Notes: generated by a model not told the origin, from the letters alone. DNA of 32,000 nt from Raphidiopsis brookii D9 (GCA_000175855.1 ACYB01000042.1:150001-182000), one strand, 5' to 3'; numbered from the stretch's first letter, positions 9,963-21,815 are shown. A program made the numbers and translations.

Positions 9963-10274
9963 ATGTCAGAATCTAACTTTTCGCCCTCCCAACTTTTACA
10001 ATCGCTCCTAGAACCACTTTTAGAGGATTTTGAATATTGGTTTGCCCGCTCCCAGCAATTGTTGGAAAATGAGAAAATCTCATTTATGACCGAACAGGAA
10101 CAGTCCGATTTACTTGACCGAGTTAAACAAGCACAACTGGAGGTAAATACATCCAAGATGCTATTTAATGCTACTGGTAAACAGGTGGGACTAGATATGG
10201 CAACCTTAGCCCCTTGGCATCAGCTTTTAGGTGAGTGCTGGAGGGTGGGAATGCGATATCGTCAAATAAAATAA
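9963..10274 (+). CDS. conserved cyanobacterial protein, DUF2605-like
   Basis: 103 aa: SPSQLLQSLLEPLLEDFEYWFARSQQLLE. Family name recognised from memory, not searched. Confidence 0.75.
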   Translation: MSESNFSPSQLLQSLLEPLLEDFEYWFARSQQLLENEKISFMTEQEQSDLLDRVKQAQLEVNTSKMLFNATGKQVGLDMATLAPWHQLLGECWRVGMRYRQIK

Positions 10275-10565
10275 CACCAAAGAGAAAATTTCAGATTTAC
10301 AATCTTAACATTATTTTCATAAAAAAATAATGTGTCCCGTGCTACGTTGGTGCTAACACTTTTGAAAAAACTGGCACATAGACTATTTTACTTTTCTTAT
10401 TTCTGCCAATTAGAAAAGTCTAGGGAATTATAGCCATAGCTACCTGGGCGAAGGTAAGCCAGAATGCCTGTCCAGCAATCACTTTCAGCTATGTTCTATG
10501 GCGTTCTGGCCAAATACATACAATATAAAACTTTAAAATTTATTATCTTAGTGGAGGATAAGTTG

Positions 10566-10883
10566 ATGTTACACTTACTGTACATTGTAGCTTTTACAGC
10601 TTTAGCATTTATTGCTGTCAGTAATTTAATTAGAAACCTGATTATGTTCAGTTTTGACAGGGAACGTTCTTATCCTCACAAAATCGGGGTTAATGAAGGT
10701 GGTTTTGGTTATTATGGAAGCAAGTCCATACCTCATCCGGAGTTGTTAGATGATTCGGGTAATTTAATCAAGGAGCCACTTTTAGTAATGCGTTCTATTA
10801 ATGTGGAGGATGCACGTCAGCATTTAGATGCACTGTATGAATCTTCTCCTGGGAATAAAATTGAGAGTTCGGAAGATGCTTAG
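10566..10883 (+). CDS. conserved cyanobacterial protein, DUF2973-like, one N-terminal transmembrane segment
   Basis: Internal ATG of ORF 10464-10883 gives MLHLLYIVAFTALAFIAVSNLIRNLIMFSFDRERSY. The longer TTG/GTG/ATG-extended start looks less likely. Confidence 0.7.
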   Translation: MLHLLYIVAFTALAFIAVSNLIRNLIMFSFDRERSYPHKIGVNEGGFGYYGSKSIPHPELLDDSGNLIKEPLLVMRSINVEDARQHLDALYESSPGNKIESSEDA

Positions 10884-11084
10884 TTATTTGTAGTTATCGG
10901 TTACCGGTGGGTTTATCTATCAGTTAGAGGTATACCCCAGGTAAGCGATTGCATTTCAGACGGTTTATAAGCGGTGAAGATGGTTAACAAAGGTAAAGTA
11001 ATTGGAGTGTCAATTGATCAGTTTTTGAGTTAGGATCTGGGGAAGTGCTTTCTCATGGTCTAAATTGGACGTTTAAGAATATTC

Positions 11085-13055
11085 ATGAGCATTTCGACTT
11101 CCGTGCTGAGTGATTTGCTACAGTCACTATCTCATCTACGTCCCCAGTTATATTTCAAGGCTTCACTAACCGCACTTTCCCATGCGATGGAAGACCAGAT
11201 TTTGGGGACTATCTTGGGTGAACCACTAATTATTGCCAGTTTCCAGCGAGAGCGGTTTTATCGTCAAGAAGCTCATCGCTATGAGCGTCTTGGTGAGCGT
11301 AGCAGTCAGGTATATGTATTGTCTGCACTAGAAACTGAGTTTACTAGTAGTTCAGGATCTTATGAAAAAGTTGCTTTTACACCAGAGGATGCTTTAAGCA
11401 AAGAGTGGCACTTGGTTGTGATTGCAGATAATTATGCTACTTGTTTAGTGTGTCGAGAAAGTGTTAAATCGGTTGTTAAAAGTCAGCAAGTACCAGAGAC
11501 GAGTTCTGTCCTGGATATGGATACCTCAAGAAGATTTGAGGGGATTTGGACAGCTGACAGGACTGTTAGTATTAAAGCAGCGGACTTATTATTAAGCAGA
11601 ATTGTGGCCTATCGTCCTGATTTGAAGGACAAGGTGGTTGATGTACGTAAACGGTTTAATATTAAAGAATTGACAAAATCCGTTCAGAGAAAGAAGATAG
11701 GGGGACGGGAAATTGATACGGATCCTTTTGTTAGACGATTAGTAACTTATTTACAGGCCAGTCAGTATAAGTTACATAAGGCCTACCGCTCTCTTACTGT
11801 TCAAGCTAGGAAAGAAAGACTGATTAATTCTATTAGTATGGCTATTAGGCGCTCACTGGATCCAAAACAAATTTTGCAAGTCGCTGCGCAGGAATTGGGA
11901 GATCATTTAGCAGCGGGTCGTTGTTTGATTTATCGTGCTCAGTCTAGTGATGTGAGGGCAAATATTGAACATGAATTTCTGGATCAGGGTTTATCATCGG
12001 TTTTAGGACAAACCTGGGATTTACAACGTCACTCTCTATTTCAAGAAATTGTGGATAAACAGGAGGGAGTATGTGTGGGTGATGCGACAACCGATCCACG
12101 AGTTAAAGATTCTCCTTACTTGTCCTCTATAGCAGGTAAATTTAATATTCGTTCCTGGTTGATGGAACCTGTATTATTTCAGGGGAGATTGCTGGGTATT
12201 GTGGAACTACACTATTGTTATTTTCCTACCTGTGATTGGCAACCAGGAGAGCTAGATTTAGTCAAGGCGATCGCGACTCAAGTGGGTTCAGCTTTAATTC
12301 AAGCCGAATCATTTACTAATTTGGAAGAGCTAAATAAACAACTAGAGGCTTTAGACCGAACTCGCAGCAATCTAATTGCTATTACTGGACATGAGTTGCG
12401 AACTCCCCTTTCCACCATTCAAGTGTGTTTAGAAAGTTTGGCCACTGAGCCAGATATGCCCAACGATTTACGGCAAGTGATGTTAAATACAGCTCTTGCA
12501 GACTCAGAGAGAATGCGTAAACTAGTGCAAGACTTCCTCACCCTTTCTAATTTGGAAAGTGGGAATGTGGAATGGCATACAGAATCTTTAATTCTCAAGG
12601 AGTGTGTGGATTTAGCATTAAGTCGCATGCGTATAAGGTCTAACAAAGAAAAATCCCCCCAGGTAAGTAGTGAGATTCCCCTAAATTTACCCTTGGTGAA
12701 AGCGGATGGAGATTGGCTAGTGGAAGTATTAGCCAAACTGATAGATAATGCTTATAAATTCACTTCCCCCTCGGGAAGGATTACAATTAAAGCTAAACAA
12801 AATCGTAGTGACCAAGTATTGGTTACTGTAGGTGATACAGGTCGGGGCATTGATCGGGATGCGTTGGAAATAGTATTTGACCGGTTTTATCAAGAGGAGG
12901 GAGCCTTGAGGCGAACTACTGGAGGAACAGGATTGGGTTTAGCGATTTGTCGTCAAATAGTTAATGCTTGGGGGGGAAGAATTTGGGCTGAGTCAGAGGG
13001 TAAAGATAAGGGAAGCCAATTTCATTTTACTATTCCTATCATGCGGGGAAGATAG
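11085..13055 (+). CDS. sensor histidine kinase with N-terminal DICT-like sensory region, GAF domain, HisKA and HATPase
   Basis: 656 aa. H-box ITGHELRTPLSTIQVCLESLA, N-box KLIDNAYKFTSP, GDTGRGIDRDALE and GGTGLGLAICRQIVNAWGG. Confidence 0.9.
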   Translation: MSISTSVLSDLLQSLSHLRPQLYFKASLTALSHAMEDQILGTILGEPLIIASFQRERFYRQEAHRYERLGERSSQVYVLSALETEFTSSSGSYEKVAFTPEDALSKEWHLVVIADNYATCLVCRESVKSVVKSQQVPETSSVLDMDTSRRFEGIWTADRTVSIKAADLLLSRIVAYRPDLKDKVVDVRKRFNIKELTKSVQRKKIGGREIDTDPFVRRLVTYLQASQYKLHKAYRSLTVQARKERLINSISMAIRRSLDPKQILQVAAQELGDHLAAGRCLIYRAQSSDVRANIEHEFLDQGLSSVLGQTWDLQRHSLFQEIVDKQEGVCVGDATTDPRVKDSPYLSSIAGKFNIRSWLMEPVLFQGRLLGIVELHYCYFPTCDWQPGELDLVKAIATQVGSALIQAESFTNLEELNKQLEALDRTRSNLIAITGHELRTPLSTIQVCLESLATEPDMPNDLRQVMLNTALADSERMRKLVQDFLTLSNLESGNVEWHTESLILKECVDLALSRMRIRSNKEKSPQVSSEIPLNLPLVKADGDWLVEVLAKLIDNAYKFTSPSGRITIKAKQNRSDQVLVTVGDTGRGIDRDALEIVFDRFYQEEGALRRTTGGTGLGLAICRQIVNAWGGRIWAESEGKDKGSQFHFTIPIMRGR

Positions 13056-13244
13056 AAAAAAGCAGTCCAAGGTTAATACGGGAATATCATCACCCAGGTA
13101 GTTCTTTTAACAGCAATCGCAAAGATTTGCAAATTTTCCTCCCCCCAGATTTGAGAAAGTGTTACAGTGTGTGAAATAATCGTAATATGGGATAAGTTAG
13201 GGTGTTAGTATGCCCTAAAAACGTCGAGAGAAAACCCTAATCCT

Positions 13245-13661
13245 ATGGCAACTCTAACTGGACAAACACCCCTATTTGGCGGTAGTACTGGCGGACTACT
13301 TAAAAAAGCAGAAGTAGAGGAAAAATACGCTATTACCTGGACAAGTCCCAAAGAGCAAGTTTTTGAAATGCCCACCGGTGGTGCAGCAACTATGCGCACA
13401 GGCGAGAACCTGCTTTATATTGCCCGCAAAGAGTATGGCATTGCTTTGGGTGCCCAACTGCGCAAGTTCAAAATAACCGACTACAAGGTTTACCGGATTC
13501 TCCCCAGTGGGGAAACTACTCTGATTCACCCCGCAGATGGTGTGTTCCCAGAAAAGGTAAATAAAGGTCGGGAAATGGTGCGCCATGTACCCCGCAGAAT
13601 TGGTGAGAACCCCAGTGCTGCAGCACTTAAGTTTAGTGGTAAAGCTACCCACGACGCCTAG
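13245..13661 (+). CDS. psaD: photosystem I reaction center subunit II
   Basis: 138 aa: [71 protein letters not shown]. Confidence 0.96.
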   Translation: MATLTGQTPLFGGSTGGLLKKAEVEEKYAITWTSPKEQVFEMPTGGAATMRTGENLLYIARKEYGIALGAQLRKFKITDYKVYRILPSGETTLIHPADGVFPEKVNKGREMVRHVPRRIGENPSAAALKFSGKATHDA

Positions 13662-13771
13662 AATCTGTTGGTGCTAGTTGATAATGGGTAATTGGTAATG
13701 CAAGACCGTCTTTACTAGTTACCCATTTGAATTTTTAAATATGTAAAACTTTATATATAAAACTTTAACCT

Positions 13772-15286
13772 ATGATTTTTCCCGATTTTCAGGAATTTAT
13801 ACAACTAGCTCAGCAGGGTAATTTTGTCCCGGTTTATCAAGAATGGGTTGCTGATCTGGATACCCCTGTTTCCGCTTGGTACAAGGTTTGTGCAGGTCAA
13901 CCCTATAGCTTTTTACTGGAGTCGGTGGAAGGTGGGGAAAAGGTGGGGCGTTATAGTTTATTGGGTTGTGACCCTCTTTGGATTTTGGAAGCAAGGGGAG
14001 ACCAAACTACTCAGATCTATCGAGATGGAAAACAACAGGTTTTTCAGGGGGATCCCTTTAGGGTTTTGGCTAACTGTTTGGCACCCTATCATCCAGTGAA
14101 ATTACCAGAGTTGCCTTCGGGAATTGGCGGTTTATTCGGGTTTTGGGGTTATGAACTCATTAATTGGATTGAACCAACAGTACCTATACACACTCAGGAT
14201 GGTCGCCATATTCCTGATGGACTGTGGATGCAAGTGGACCATTTGTTAATATTTGACCAGGTAAAACGCAAAATTTGGGCGATCGCCTACGCTGATGTGA
14301 GGGAAGGTGTAGAGGAGAGTTACCAAAAAGCATGCAATTGTATTAAACAAATGGTAGAGAAATTATCTTTGCCTTTAACGACGGAAAACACTCAATTAAC
14401 CTGGAAATCACCACAGAATAGACCGAAGGTGGATATTAAAGAGTACAGCAGCAATTTTACCCGGGAGCAATTTTGTGCCAGTGTGGAAAAAGCAAAGGAG
14501 TATATTAGAGCTGGGGATATCTTCCAAGTAGTAATTTCCCAAAGATTAGGGACAGAATACCAGGGGAATCCTTTTGGGTTATATCGTTCCCTACGTCAAA
14601 TTAACCCTTCACCTTACATGGCATTTTTTAATTTTGACGATTGGCAGATCATTGGTTCCAGTCCAGAGGTGATGGTCAAAGCAGAGAGAGATGAGGGGGG
14701 AGGAATAATGGCCACGGTTAGACCACTTGCTGGAACAAGACCAAGGGGTAAAACCACCAAGGAAGATGGAGAGTTAGCAGAGGATTTATTAGCAGATCCC
14801 AAGGAAGTTGCTGAACATATTATGTTGGTGGATCTGGGACGTAATGATTTAGGAAGGGTTTGCCAAAATGGCACGGTTAAGGTTGATGAACTAATGATTG
14901 TTGAACGTTATTCCCATGTGATGCACATAGTTAGTAATGTGGTAGGTAAATTGGCGGAAGATAAAACCGCATGGGATTTATTAAAAGCCTGTTTCCCCGC
15001 AGGGACAGTTAGTGGAGCACCAAAAATCCGGGCTATGCAAATCATTAACCAGTTAGAACCAACCCGCAGGGGAGTCTATTCAGGAGTATATGGCTATTAT
15101 GACTTTGAAGGACAATTAAATACTGCTATATCTATTAGAACTATGGTACTAAAAGATGGGACTGTTAGTGTTCAAGCGGGTGCAGGGTTAGTTGCGGACT
15201 CCCAACCAGAAAAAGAATATGAGGAAACTTTAAATAAGGCTAGAGGTTTATTGGAAGCAATTAGATGCTTGAAAGAGGTTACCTAG
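13772..15286 (+). CDS. trpE: anthranilate synthase component I
   Basis: 504 aa: NPSPYMAFFNFDDWQIIGSSPEVMV, VRPLAGTRPRGKT, HIMLVDLGRNDLGRVC, SGAPKIRAMQIINQLEP, RTMVLKDG. Confidence 0.92.
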   Translation: MIFPDFQEFIQLAQQGNFVPVYQEWVADLDTPVSAWYKVCAGQPYSFLLESVEGGEKVGRYSLLGCDPLWILEARGDQTTQIYRDGKQQVFQGDPFRVLANCLAPYHPVKLPELPSGIGGLFGFWGYELINWIEPTVPIHTQDGRHIPDGLWMQVDHLLIFDQVKRKIWAIAYADVREGVEESYQKACNCIKQMVEKLSLPLTTENTQLTWKSPQNRPKVDIKEYSSNFTREQFCASVEKAKEYIRAGDIFQVVISQRLGTEYQGNPFGLYRSLRQINPSPYMAFFNFDDWQIIGSSPEVMVKAERDEGGGIMATVRPLAGTRPRGKTTKEDGELAEDLLADPKEVAEHIMLVDLGRNDLGRVCQNGTVKVDELMIVERYSHVMHIVSNVVGKLAEDKTAWDLLKACFPAGTVSGAPKIRAMQIINQLEPTRRGVYSGVYGYYDFEGQLNTAISIRTMVLKDGTVSVQAGAGLVADSQPEKEYEETLNKARGLLEAIRCLKEVT

Positions 15287-15417
15287 TTCAGTGTAGGATT
15301 GATTCTCTTGCAGAATTTTTCTACCAGCCATATTTAAAGCTCATAAAAGTAGTAAGAAAGCGGGCTAACCCGTTTGTGGTTAACCCGTTTGTGCTTTGGG
15401 AACGCGCAGATAATTAA

Positions 15418-15768
15418 TTATTGCAACACTAACTTAACATTAGCATTCTGCAAACCACGCTGTTTTACTTCGGCTAAGGTCTTGTTAACCGCGTATTTTT
15501 GGTTAATAGAGTTAATCAGATCAGTCTGGTTGTGCTTCTTAGCAACACCCCATAAATCAGCAATGAGGTCAAAGGAACCATCGCTATTACGAGACCAACC
15601 TAAATCGTACTCGCCTTCCAATACCGCAACAATGTCCGAACGTACACGCTGACCATTATAACCACGTACATCAGCCTCAGTTTTTACAGTAATACCTAGG
15701 TCGCTTAGGGAAGCTTTGAGAATTTCGGCATCGGTAATCTTAGTACGCAGAGTGCTAAAATGAGACAT
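15418..15768 (-). CDS. DUF1257 / Ycf35-family protein
   Basis: Start placed at MSHFSTLRTKITDAEILKASLSDLG within ORF 15418-15828. Family assigned from memory. Confidence 0.8.
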   Translation of the reverse strand: MSHFSTLRTKITDAEILKASLSDLGITVKTEADVRGYNGQRVRSDIVAVLEGEYDLGWSRNSDGSFDLIADLWGVAKKHNQTDLINSINQKYAVNKTLAEVKQRGLQNANVKLVLQ

Positions 15769-15924
15769 TTGGGTTTCCTCCAATAAGAAGATTGATGAGA
15801 AAAACGACAACGGTTTCTTTTTCACCAAAGCCGCATTAATCTGGGATTAATTGGGAAGCGGCTTAACTCGTAACCCGTTAGCCCGTGGACTAACCTTTCC
15901 CCTCTGGTTTACAGAGGAAAGCTT

Positions 15925-17436
15925 TTAAAACTCCAATCGCTGATACTCAGCTACGGAGGATGCTGCTGGTCTAGCACGCTGTCTGGCCCAGTCCCTTAAG
16001 GCTGTGACCTGTTCTTGCATCGTCCTTGACAACGGCAATGTAGACTTCAATGCAGCAATAATATCTAATTGGGTGAACTCCCGATCCTGAGCAAAGGCCT
16101 CATACATGGCCGCAATTATTGCCTGCTCTATTTCAGCACCGGAAAAACCATCTGACATCTTGGCTAGTTGCTCTAGGTCAAATCTAGCAATTTCCTCTCT
16201 CCTTTTGGTTAGATGAATCCTAAAGATATCCTGACGTTCTTCCGGTGTGGGTAAGTCCACAAAGAAAATTTCATCAAAGCGACCTTTTCTTAAAAACTCT
16301 CCTGGCAACCTTTCTACTCGGTTAGCTGTTGCCATAACAAATACTGGAGACTTTTTCTCCTGCATCCAGGTCAAGAAGGAACCAAAAATTCTACTTGATG
16401 TCCCTCCATCAGAATCGCTAGACCCCGTACTACCTGCGAAGGATTTATCCAGTTCGTCTATGAACAAAATAGTTGGGGAAATAGATTCTGCTGTTTTTAA
16501 AGCATTACGCAGGTTCGCTTCGCTCCGACCCACCATGGAGCCATCATATACTCTCCCCATGTCCAATCTTAAAATTGGCAACCCCCATAACCGGGAGGTG
16601 GTTTTGGCTATCAGTGACTTCCCGCAACCAGGAACTCCTAAAATTAACATCCCTTTCGGTTGTGGTAATCCATACTCCCTCGCCCTCTCTGTAAAGGCGT
16701 TAGACCTCTGTTTCAGCCACTTCTTTAATTCCTCTAACCCACCTACCGCTTCGATAGTTTCATCTTCTTCAATGTATTCTAAAATGCCATTACGGCGAAT
16801 TAGCTGTTTCTTTTCTGATAAAACTATATCAACTTCATCTTCTGTCAGCCTCCCACTTGTTACCTGGGCCTTTCGATATACTTTCTCGGCTTCGTCCTTG
16901 GTCAGTCCTAAGGCCGCTCTCAGTAGTTTCTCTCTAGCCTCGGTAGTTAAACGCCGCCCCCTATTCTGCTCCTGGTGGGCAGTGAGAACTTTACTTAACT
17001 CGGTCATGTCTGGCAGTTGGAAGTCAATAACAACAACCTCTTTCTCCAATTCTATCGGTATTTGTTGCATCGGAGACATTAAAATAATGTTCTTTTGCAT
17101 ACCTTTAAAACTGGCGATCGCATCCCGTAGGGATCTGGTTGTTGCCGGAGCATCAATAAAAGGATGTAAATCTTTAAAAATAAATATACCAGGTTCTTTC
17201 TGTCTAATCGCCCACTCAATAGCCGCCTCTGGGGATACGGTGTTGTGCTGGTTTGTACTCCTAGTCTGCCCGTATTCCACAATGCCATGGGTTACAGTCC
17301 ATACGTAAACCCGACGTTGGGGTTTTAACGACTGAGCCATCGTATAAATTGCCTGCTCTGCCCGTTCTTCCTCGGAGGTCACAAGGTAGATTAAAGGGTA
17401 TTGAGCTTGAATAAGTATGTTTAGCTCTTCTTTCAT
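15925..17436 (-). CDS. ycf46: AAA+ ATPase, Ycf46 family
   Basis: 503 aa. Walker A GVPGCGKSLIAK, Walker B ILFIDELDKSF, and the N-terminal TSEEERAEQAI region typical of Ycf46 proteins. Confidence 0.87.
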   Translation of the reverse strand: MKEELNILIQAQYPLIYLVTSEEERAEQAIYTMAQSLKPQRRVYVWTVTHGIVEYGQTRSTNQHNTVSPEAAIEWAIRQKEPGIFIFKDLHPFIDAPATTRSLRDAIASFKGMQKNIILMSPMQQIPIELEKEVVVIDFQLPDMTELSKVLTAHQEQNRGRRLTTEAREKLLRAALGLTKDEAEKVYRKAQVTSGRLTEDEVDIVLSEKKQLIRRNGILEYIEEDETIEAVGGLEELKKWLKQRSNAFTERAREYGLPQPKGMLILGVPGCGKSLIAKTTSRLWGLPILRLDMGRVYDGSMVGRSEANLRNALKTAESISPTILFIDELDKSFAGSTGSSDSDGGTSSRIFGSFLTWMQEKKSPVFVMATANRVERLPGEFLRKGRFDEIFFVDLPTPEERQDIFRIHLTKRREEIARFDLEQLAKMSDGFSGAEIEQAIIAAMYEAFAQDREFTQLDIIAALKSTLPLSRTMQEQVTALRDWARQRARPAASSVAEYQRLEF

Positions 17437-17539
17437 ATCTATCGCGACCTACTTGAGACCTTATAGAAACACTACAGTTATAGTTATCAGAACAACGGAA
17501 AGGGTTAAAAGTTTCCACTCATCCATTCACAATTTTTAA

Positions 17540-17899
17540 CTAGCAAGGTACTAATTCTTCCTCAGTCCTGGGATGGGTTTGACTTTCAATACACAGATCC
17601 TCTTGTCCAATAATTCCCGGTTGGCGACCCAAGGCTATTAATTCCCCATCCTTTAAAACCAGTGAACTTAGACAACTAGGACAGGGATAAACTCTGTGGG
17701 TTCCTCCGTAAATTGACTCTTCCAGTTCAGCTATCACCTCCGAATGAGCCAGATAGAAACTGATTGCTCGCTCTGCTAAACCTGACATCGTTTCCGAGTC
17801 CATAACTGAGCGAATCTTGAGCTTCCTGTGTAATTCGGCCGATAAGTGCAACGTTACTTTTTGTTTTGTTTCCTGCTTTGTGTGCATATTACTATTCAA
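17540..17899 (-). CDS. small ribbon-helix-helix-like protein with a C-terminal CPSC motif
   Basis: 119 aa: KVTLHLSAELHRKLKIRSVMDSETMSGLAERAISFYLAHSEVI, then YPCPSCLSSLVLKDG. Start may be the internal MHTKQE. Confidence 0.65.
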   Translation of the reverse strand: MNSNMHTKQETKQKVTLHLSAELHRKLKIRSVMDSETMSGLAERAISFYLAHSEVIAELEESIYGGTHRVYPCPSCLSSLVLKDGELIALGRQPGIIGQEDLCIESQTHPRTEEELVPC

Positions 17900-18080
17900 C
17901 TGTCTTACCCGGGTATGTAAATCACCTTACCTCTTATTTTTTTTCTTGTCAAGCCATCAAACCAGTTTAACGCCTATTTTGTTACATTTCTTAACAATGT
18001 TCATTTTGGGAAAATTGATGGCGTGGGGAATTCATAGCGCAGGATACAAAAATCTGATAGATTTAGCTATCAGCGAGTAA

Positions 18081-19247
<1,167 letters not shown>

Positions 19248-19422
19248 CTGACACTAGAGATTAGTAAGGATTGATATGAGTCCCTGTTACTTTAACTTGC
19301 CACTAGGCACAAAGAAACAAAACTAGGATAGACAAGGTTGGGGGGGAGAGTTCAAAGATTCCATAATACATAATATTAAGATATAAATGTTGAGAATACT
19401 GACAGTATCCCCCACCTATTTT

Positions 19423-20535
19423 ATGAAAATTGCCCTATTCACCGAAACTTTTTTACCCAAGGTTGATGGCATTGTCACCCGTCTGTCTCACACAGTTGAC
19501 CATCTACAACGAGATGGACATCAGGTTATGCTGTTTTGTCCGGAAGGAGGTATTAAAGAATATAAAGGAGCAAAAGTGTATGGAGTTAGTGGTTTTCCCT
19601 TACCTCTTTATCCAGAGTTAAAATTGGCACTACCCCGTCCTGCTATTAGTCATGTATTACAACAGTTTGCTCCAGATCTAATTCATGTGGTAAATCCAGC
19701 AGTTTTAGGACTATCAGGGATTTTGCACAGTAAATTGCACAAAATCCCTTTAGTAGCCTCCTATCATACACATTTGCCACAGTATTTACAACATTACGGA
19801 CTAAGTTTCCTAGAAGGGCTACTATGGGAACTACTCAAGATTGCTCACAATCAAGCAGCTTTGAATCTGTGCACCTCCACAGCCATGGTTGAAGAATTAG
19901 CAGCCCACGGAATAGAAAGACTCGATTTGTGGCAACCGGGGGTGGACACAGAACTCTTCCATCCTGATTTAGCCAGTCAGGAAATGCGCTCCTATCTATC
20001 CCAAGGTTATCCAGATAGTCCTTTACTATTGTATGTAGGTCGCCTTTCAGCAGAGAAAGAGATTGAACAGATTAAACCTATTTTGGAAGCCATTCCCCAT
20101 GGACGTTTAGCCCTGGTGGGGGATGGACCCCATCGACAAAACTTACAAAATCACTTTGCCCACACTAATACCCATTTTGTAGGTTACCTCAAGGGTCAAC
20201 AATTGGCCTCGGCCTTTGCTAGTGCCGATGTGTTTGTCTTTCCCTCCCGTACGGAAACCTTGGGATTAGTATTATTAGAAGCCATGGCTGCGGGTTGTCC
20301 AGTAATTGCCGCTCGGTCTGGGGGGATTCCCGACATTGTCACTGATGGTGTGGATGGTTACCTTTTTGACCCTAGTTCACCTATTCAACAAGCTATTGAC
20401 CTCACAATTAAGTTGTTAAGAGAAAAACAGGAGATTGCCACTATGCGTAGTAATGCCCGTAAGAAGGCAGAGCAAATGGGATGGTCTGCTGCTGTAAGAC
20501 AACTACAAGAGTACTATCAGAGAACATTAAATTAA
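19423..20535 (+). CDS. sqdX: glycosyltransferase family 1, SqdX-type sulfolipid synthase
   Basis: ATG at 19423 gives MKIALFTETFLPKVDGIVTRLSHTVDHL. GT4-type C-terminal motif FPSRTETLGLVLLEAMAAGCPVIAARSGGIPD. Follows sqdB. Confidence 0.87.
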   Translation: MKIALFTETFLPKVDGIVTRLSHTVDHLQRDGHQVMLFCPEGGIKEYKGAKVYGVSGFPLPLYPELKLALPRPAISHVLQQFAPDLIHVVNPAVLGLSGILHSKLHKIPLVASYHTHLPQYLQHYGLSFLEGLLWELLKIAHNQAALNLCTSTAMVEELAAHGIERLDLWQPGVDTELFHPDLASQEMRSYLSQGYPDSPLLLYVGRLSAEKEIEQIKPILEAIPHGRLALVGDGPHRQNLQNHFAHTNTHFVGYLKGQQLASAFASADVFVFPSRTETLGLVLLEAMAAGCPVIAARSGGIPDIVTDGVDGYLFDPSSPIQQAIDLTIKLLREKQEIATMRSNARKKAEQMGWSAAVRQLQEYYQRTLN

Positions 20536-20822
20536 GAATCAGATTCACTTTCCGGTGGGAAACTTTTACCTATTCTGAGTTGTTTCTTAGAGCGTTTTAA
20601 TTGTTTCCACAGAGACTTGATTTGTTCATAAGCATCCTCAGGAGGAAGTTTACCACCGGTTTCTAAGTTACAAATATAACTAACTCTCTGAGCAAACTCC
20701 TGGAGATTGGCATTAAAAACTAGATTTTCGGGTTGTACATGACCATAGTAGCGACCACGGGGATAGAGGAAATCATCTTTTTTGTCCACTATTTTTTTCT
20801 CCATATACTTAATTAATCTCAT
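20532..20822 (-). CDS. small conserved cyanobacterial hypothetical protein
   Basis: 96 aa: DDFLYPRGRYYGHVQPENLVFNANLQEFAQRVSYICNLETGGKLPPEDAY. Converges with and slightly overlaps the sqdX end. The start may be the internal MEKK. Confidence 0.65.
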   Translation of the reverse strand: MRLIKYMEKKIVDKKDDFLYPRGRYYGHVQPENLVFNANLQEFAQRVSYICNLETGGKLPPEDAYEQIKSLWKQLKRSKKQLRIGKSFPPESESDS

Positions 20823-21017
20823 GCTTTCTCAAACACAATGACGGACAAAGGCTCTTATGCGTATTTTTTTGGTAAGAAAATGCTAAACGTTAAACTAAGA
20901 TTATGACAAATTTTTTTAGTTATTGGTTAATTAGTTTAGTTAATTTGGCGTATAACCAAATCAGATAATAAAATAGTTAGGCTCAAAAACATAGCTCTGG
21001 GAAAATAATCTACCACC

Positions 21018-21752
21018 ATGTCAGTTAACACTAATAAAAAGCTATACGAAGGTAAAGCCAAAATCATCTACACCACAGAAGAATCACAGGTTTTATTAGC
21101 TGAATTTAAAGATGATGCGACTGCATTTAATGCGCAAAAACGAGGTAATATCCAAGGAAAAGGGAGTATAAACTGTACCATTTCTAGTAAATTGTTTCTC
21201 CGCATGGCACAGGAGGGTATAGAAAACCATTTTATTGACAGTCCAGGTGCTGGGCAAATGAGGGTAAAAGCCTTGAAAATTTTGCCCTTGGAAGTAGTGG
21301 TGAGAAATATTGCAGCTGGGAGTCTTTGTCAACAGACGGGATTAGAGTTAGGCACAGTATTGGAAAGACCTCTAGTGGAATTTTACTATAAAGACGACAA
21401 ACTAGGGGATCCCCTGCTGACCAGGGAGCGCCTTTTGTTGCTGAAATTAGCCACGGAGGAACAAGTGGAGCAAATTATCCATCTGGCATTACAAATCAAC
21501 ACTTTTCTCCAGGATTTATGGCAACAGTGTAGTATCACTTTAGTGGACTTCAAACTCGAATTTGGTTTAGACCGGAAACATAAACTGTTGTTAGCGGATG
21601 AAATTAGTCCTGATACCTGTCGTTTGTGGGACATGTCAGAAGTGGATCCTATTCATCGCGTCCTGGATAAAGACAGATTTCGTCGAGACTTGGGTAGGGT
21701 GGAAGATGCCTACCAGGAAGTTTTGACCAGACTGCTAAAAGTTATACCCTAG
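21018..21752 (+). CDS. purC: phosphoribosylaminoimidazole-succinocarboxamide synthase
   Basis: 244 aa: KLYEGKAKIIYTT, DDATAFNAQKRG, IEVVVRN-like segment (PLEVVVRNIAAGSL), LVDFKLEFGLD, LADEISPDTCRLWD. Confidence 0.94.
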   Translation: MSVNTNKKLYEGKAKIIYTTEESQVLLAEFKDDATAFNAQKRGNIQGKGSINCTISSKLFLRMAQEGIENHFIDSPGAGQMRVKALKILPLEVVVRNIAAGSLCQQTGLELGTVLERPLVEFYYKDDKLGDPLLTRERLLLLKLATEEQVEQIIHLALQINTFLQDLWQQCSITLVDFKLEFGLDRKHKLLLADEISPDTCRLWDMSEVDPIHRVLDKDRFRRDLGRVEDAYQEVLTRLLKVIP

Positions 21753-21815
21753 GTTAAGCCAGAACTTAACAAGTGCTAGTAGTGACTAAATTAAATTGTG
21801 TGTGGTGGTTAAAAG

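Noticed and set aside
9833-10156. Minus-strand 107 aa ORF overlapping the DUF2605-like gene
   Set aside because: Overlaps the well-supported plus-strand gene 9963-10274 and has low-complexity, Ser/Cys-rich composition typical of antisense ORFs.
13296-13652. Minus-strand ORF antisense to psaD
   Set aside because: PsaD is unambiguous on the plus strand and the antisense product has no recognisable features.
16247-17308. Plus-strand 353 aa ORF antisense to ycf46
   Set aside because: Long but Ser/Leu-rich with no domain motifs. The opposite strand has clear Walker A/B motifs.
17261-17518. Minus-strand 85 aa ORF at the start of ycf46
   Set aside because: Out-of-frame overlap with the ycf46 start and no plausible domain.
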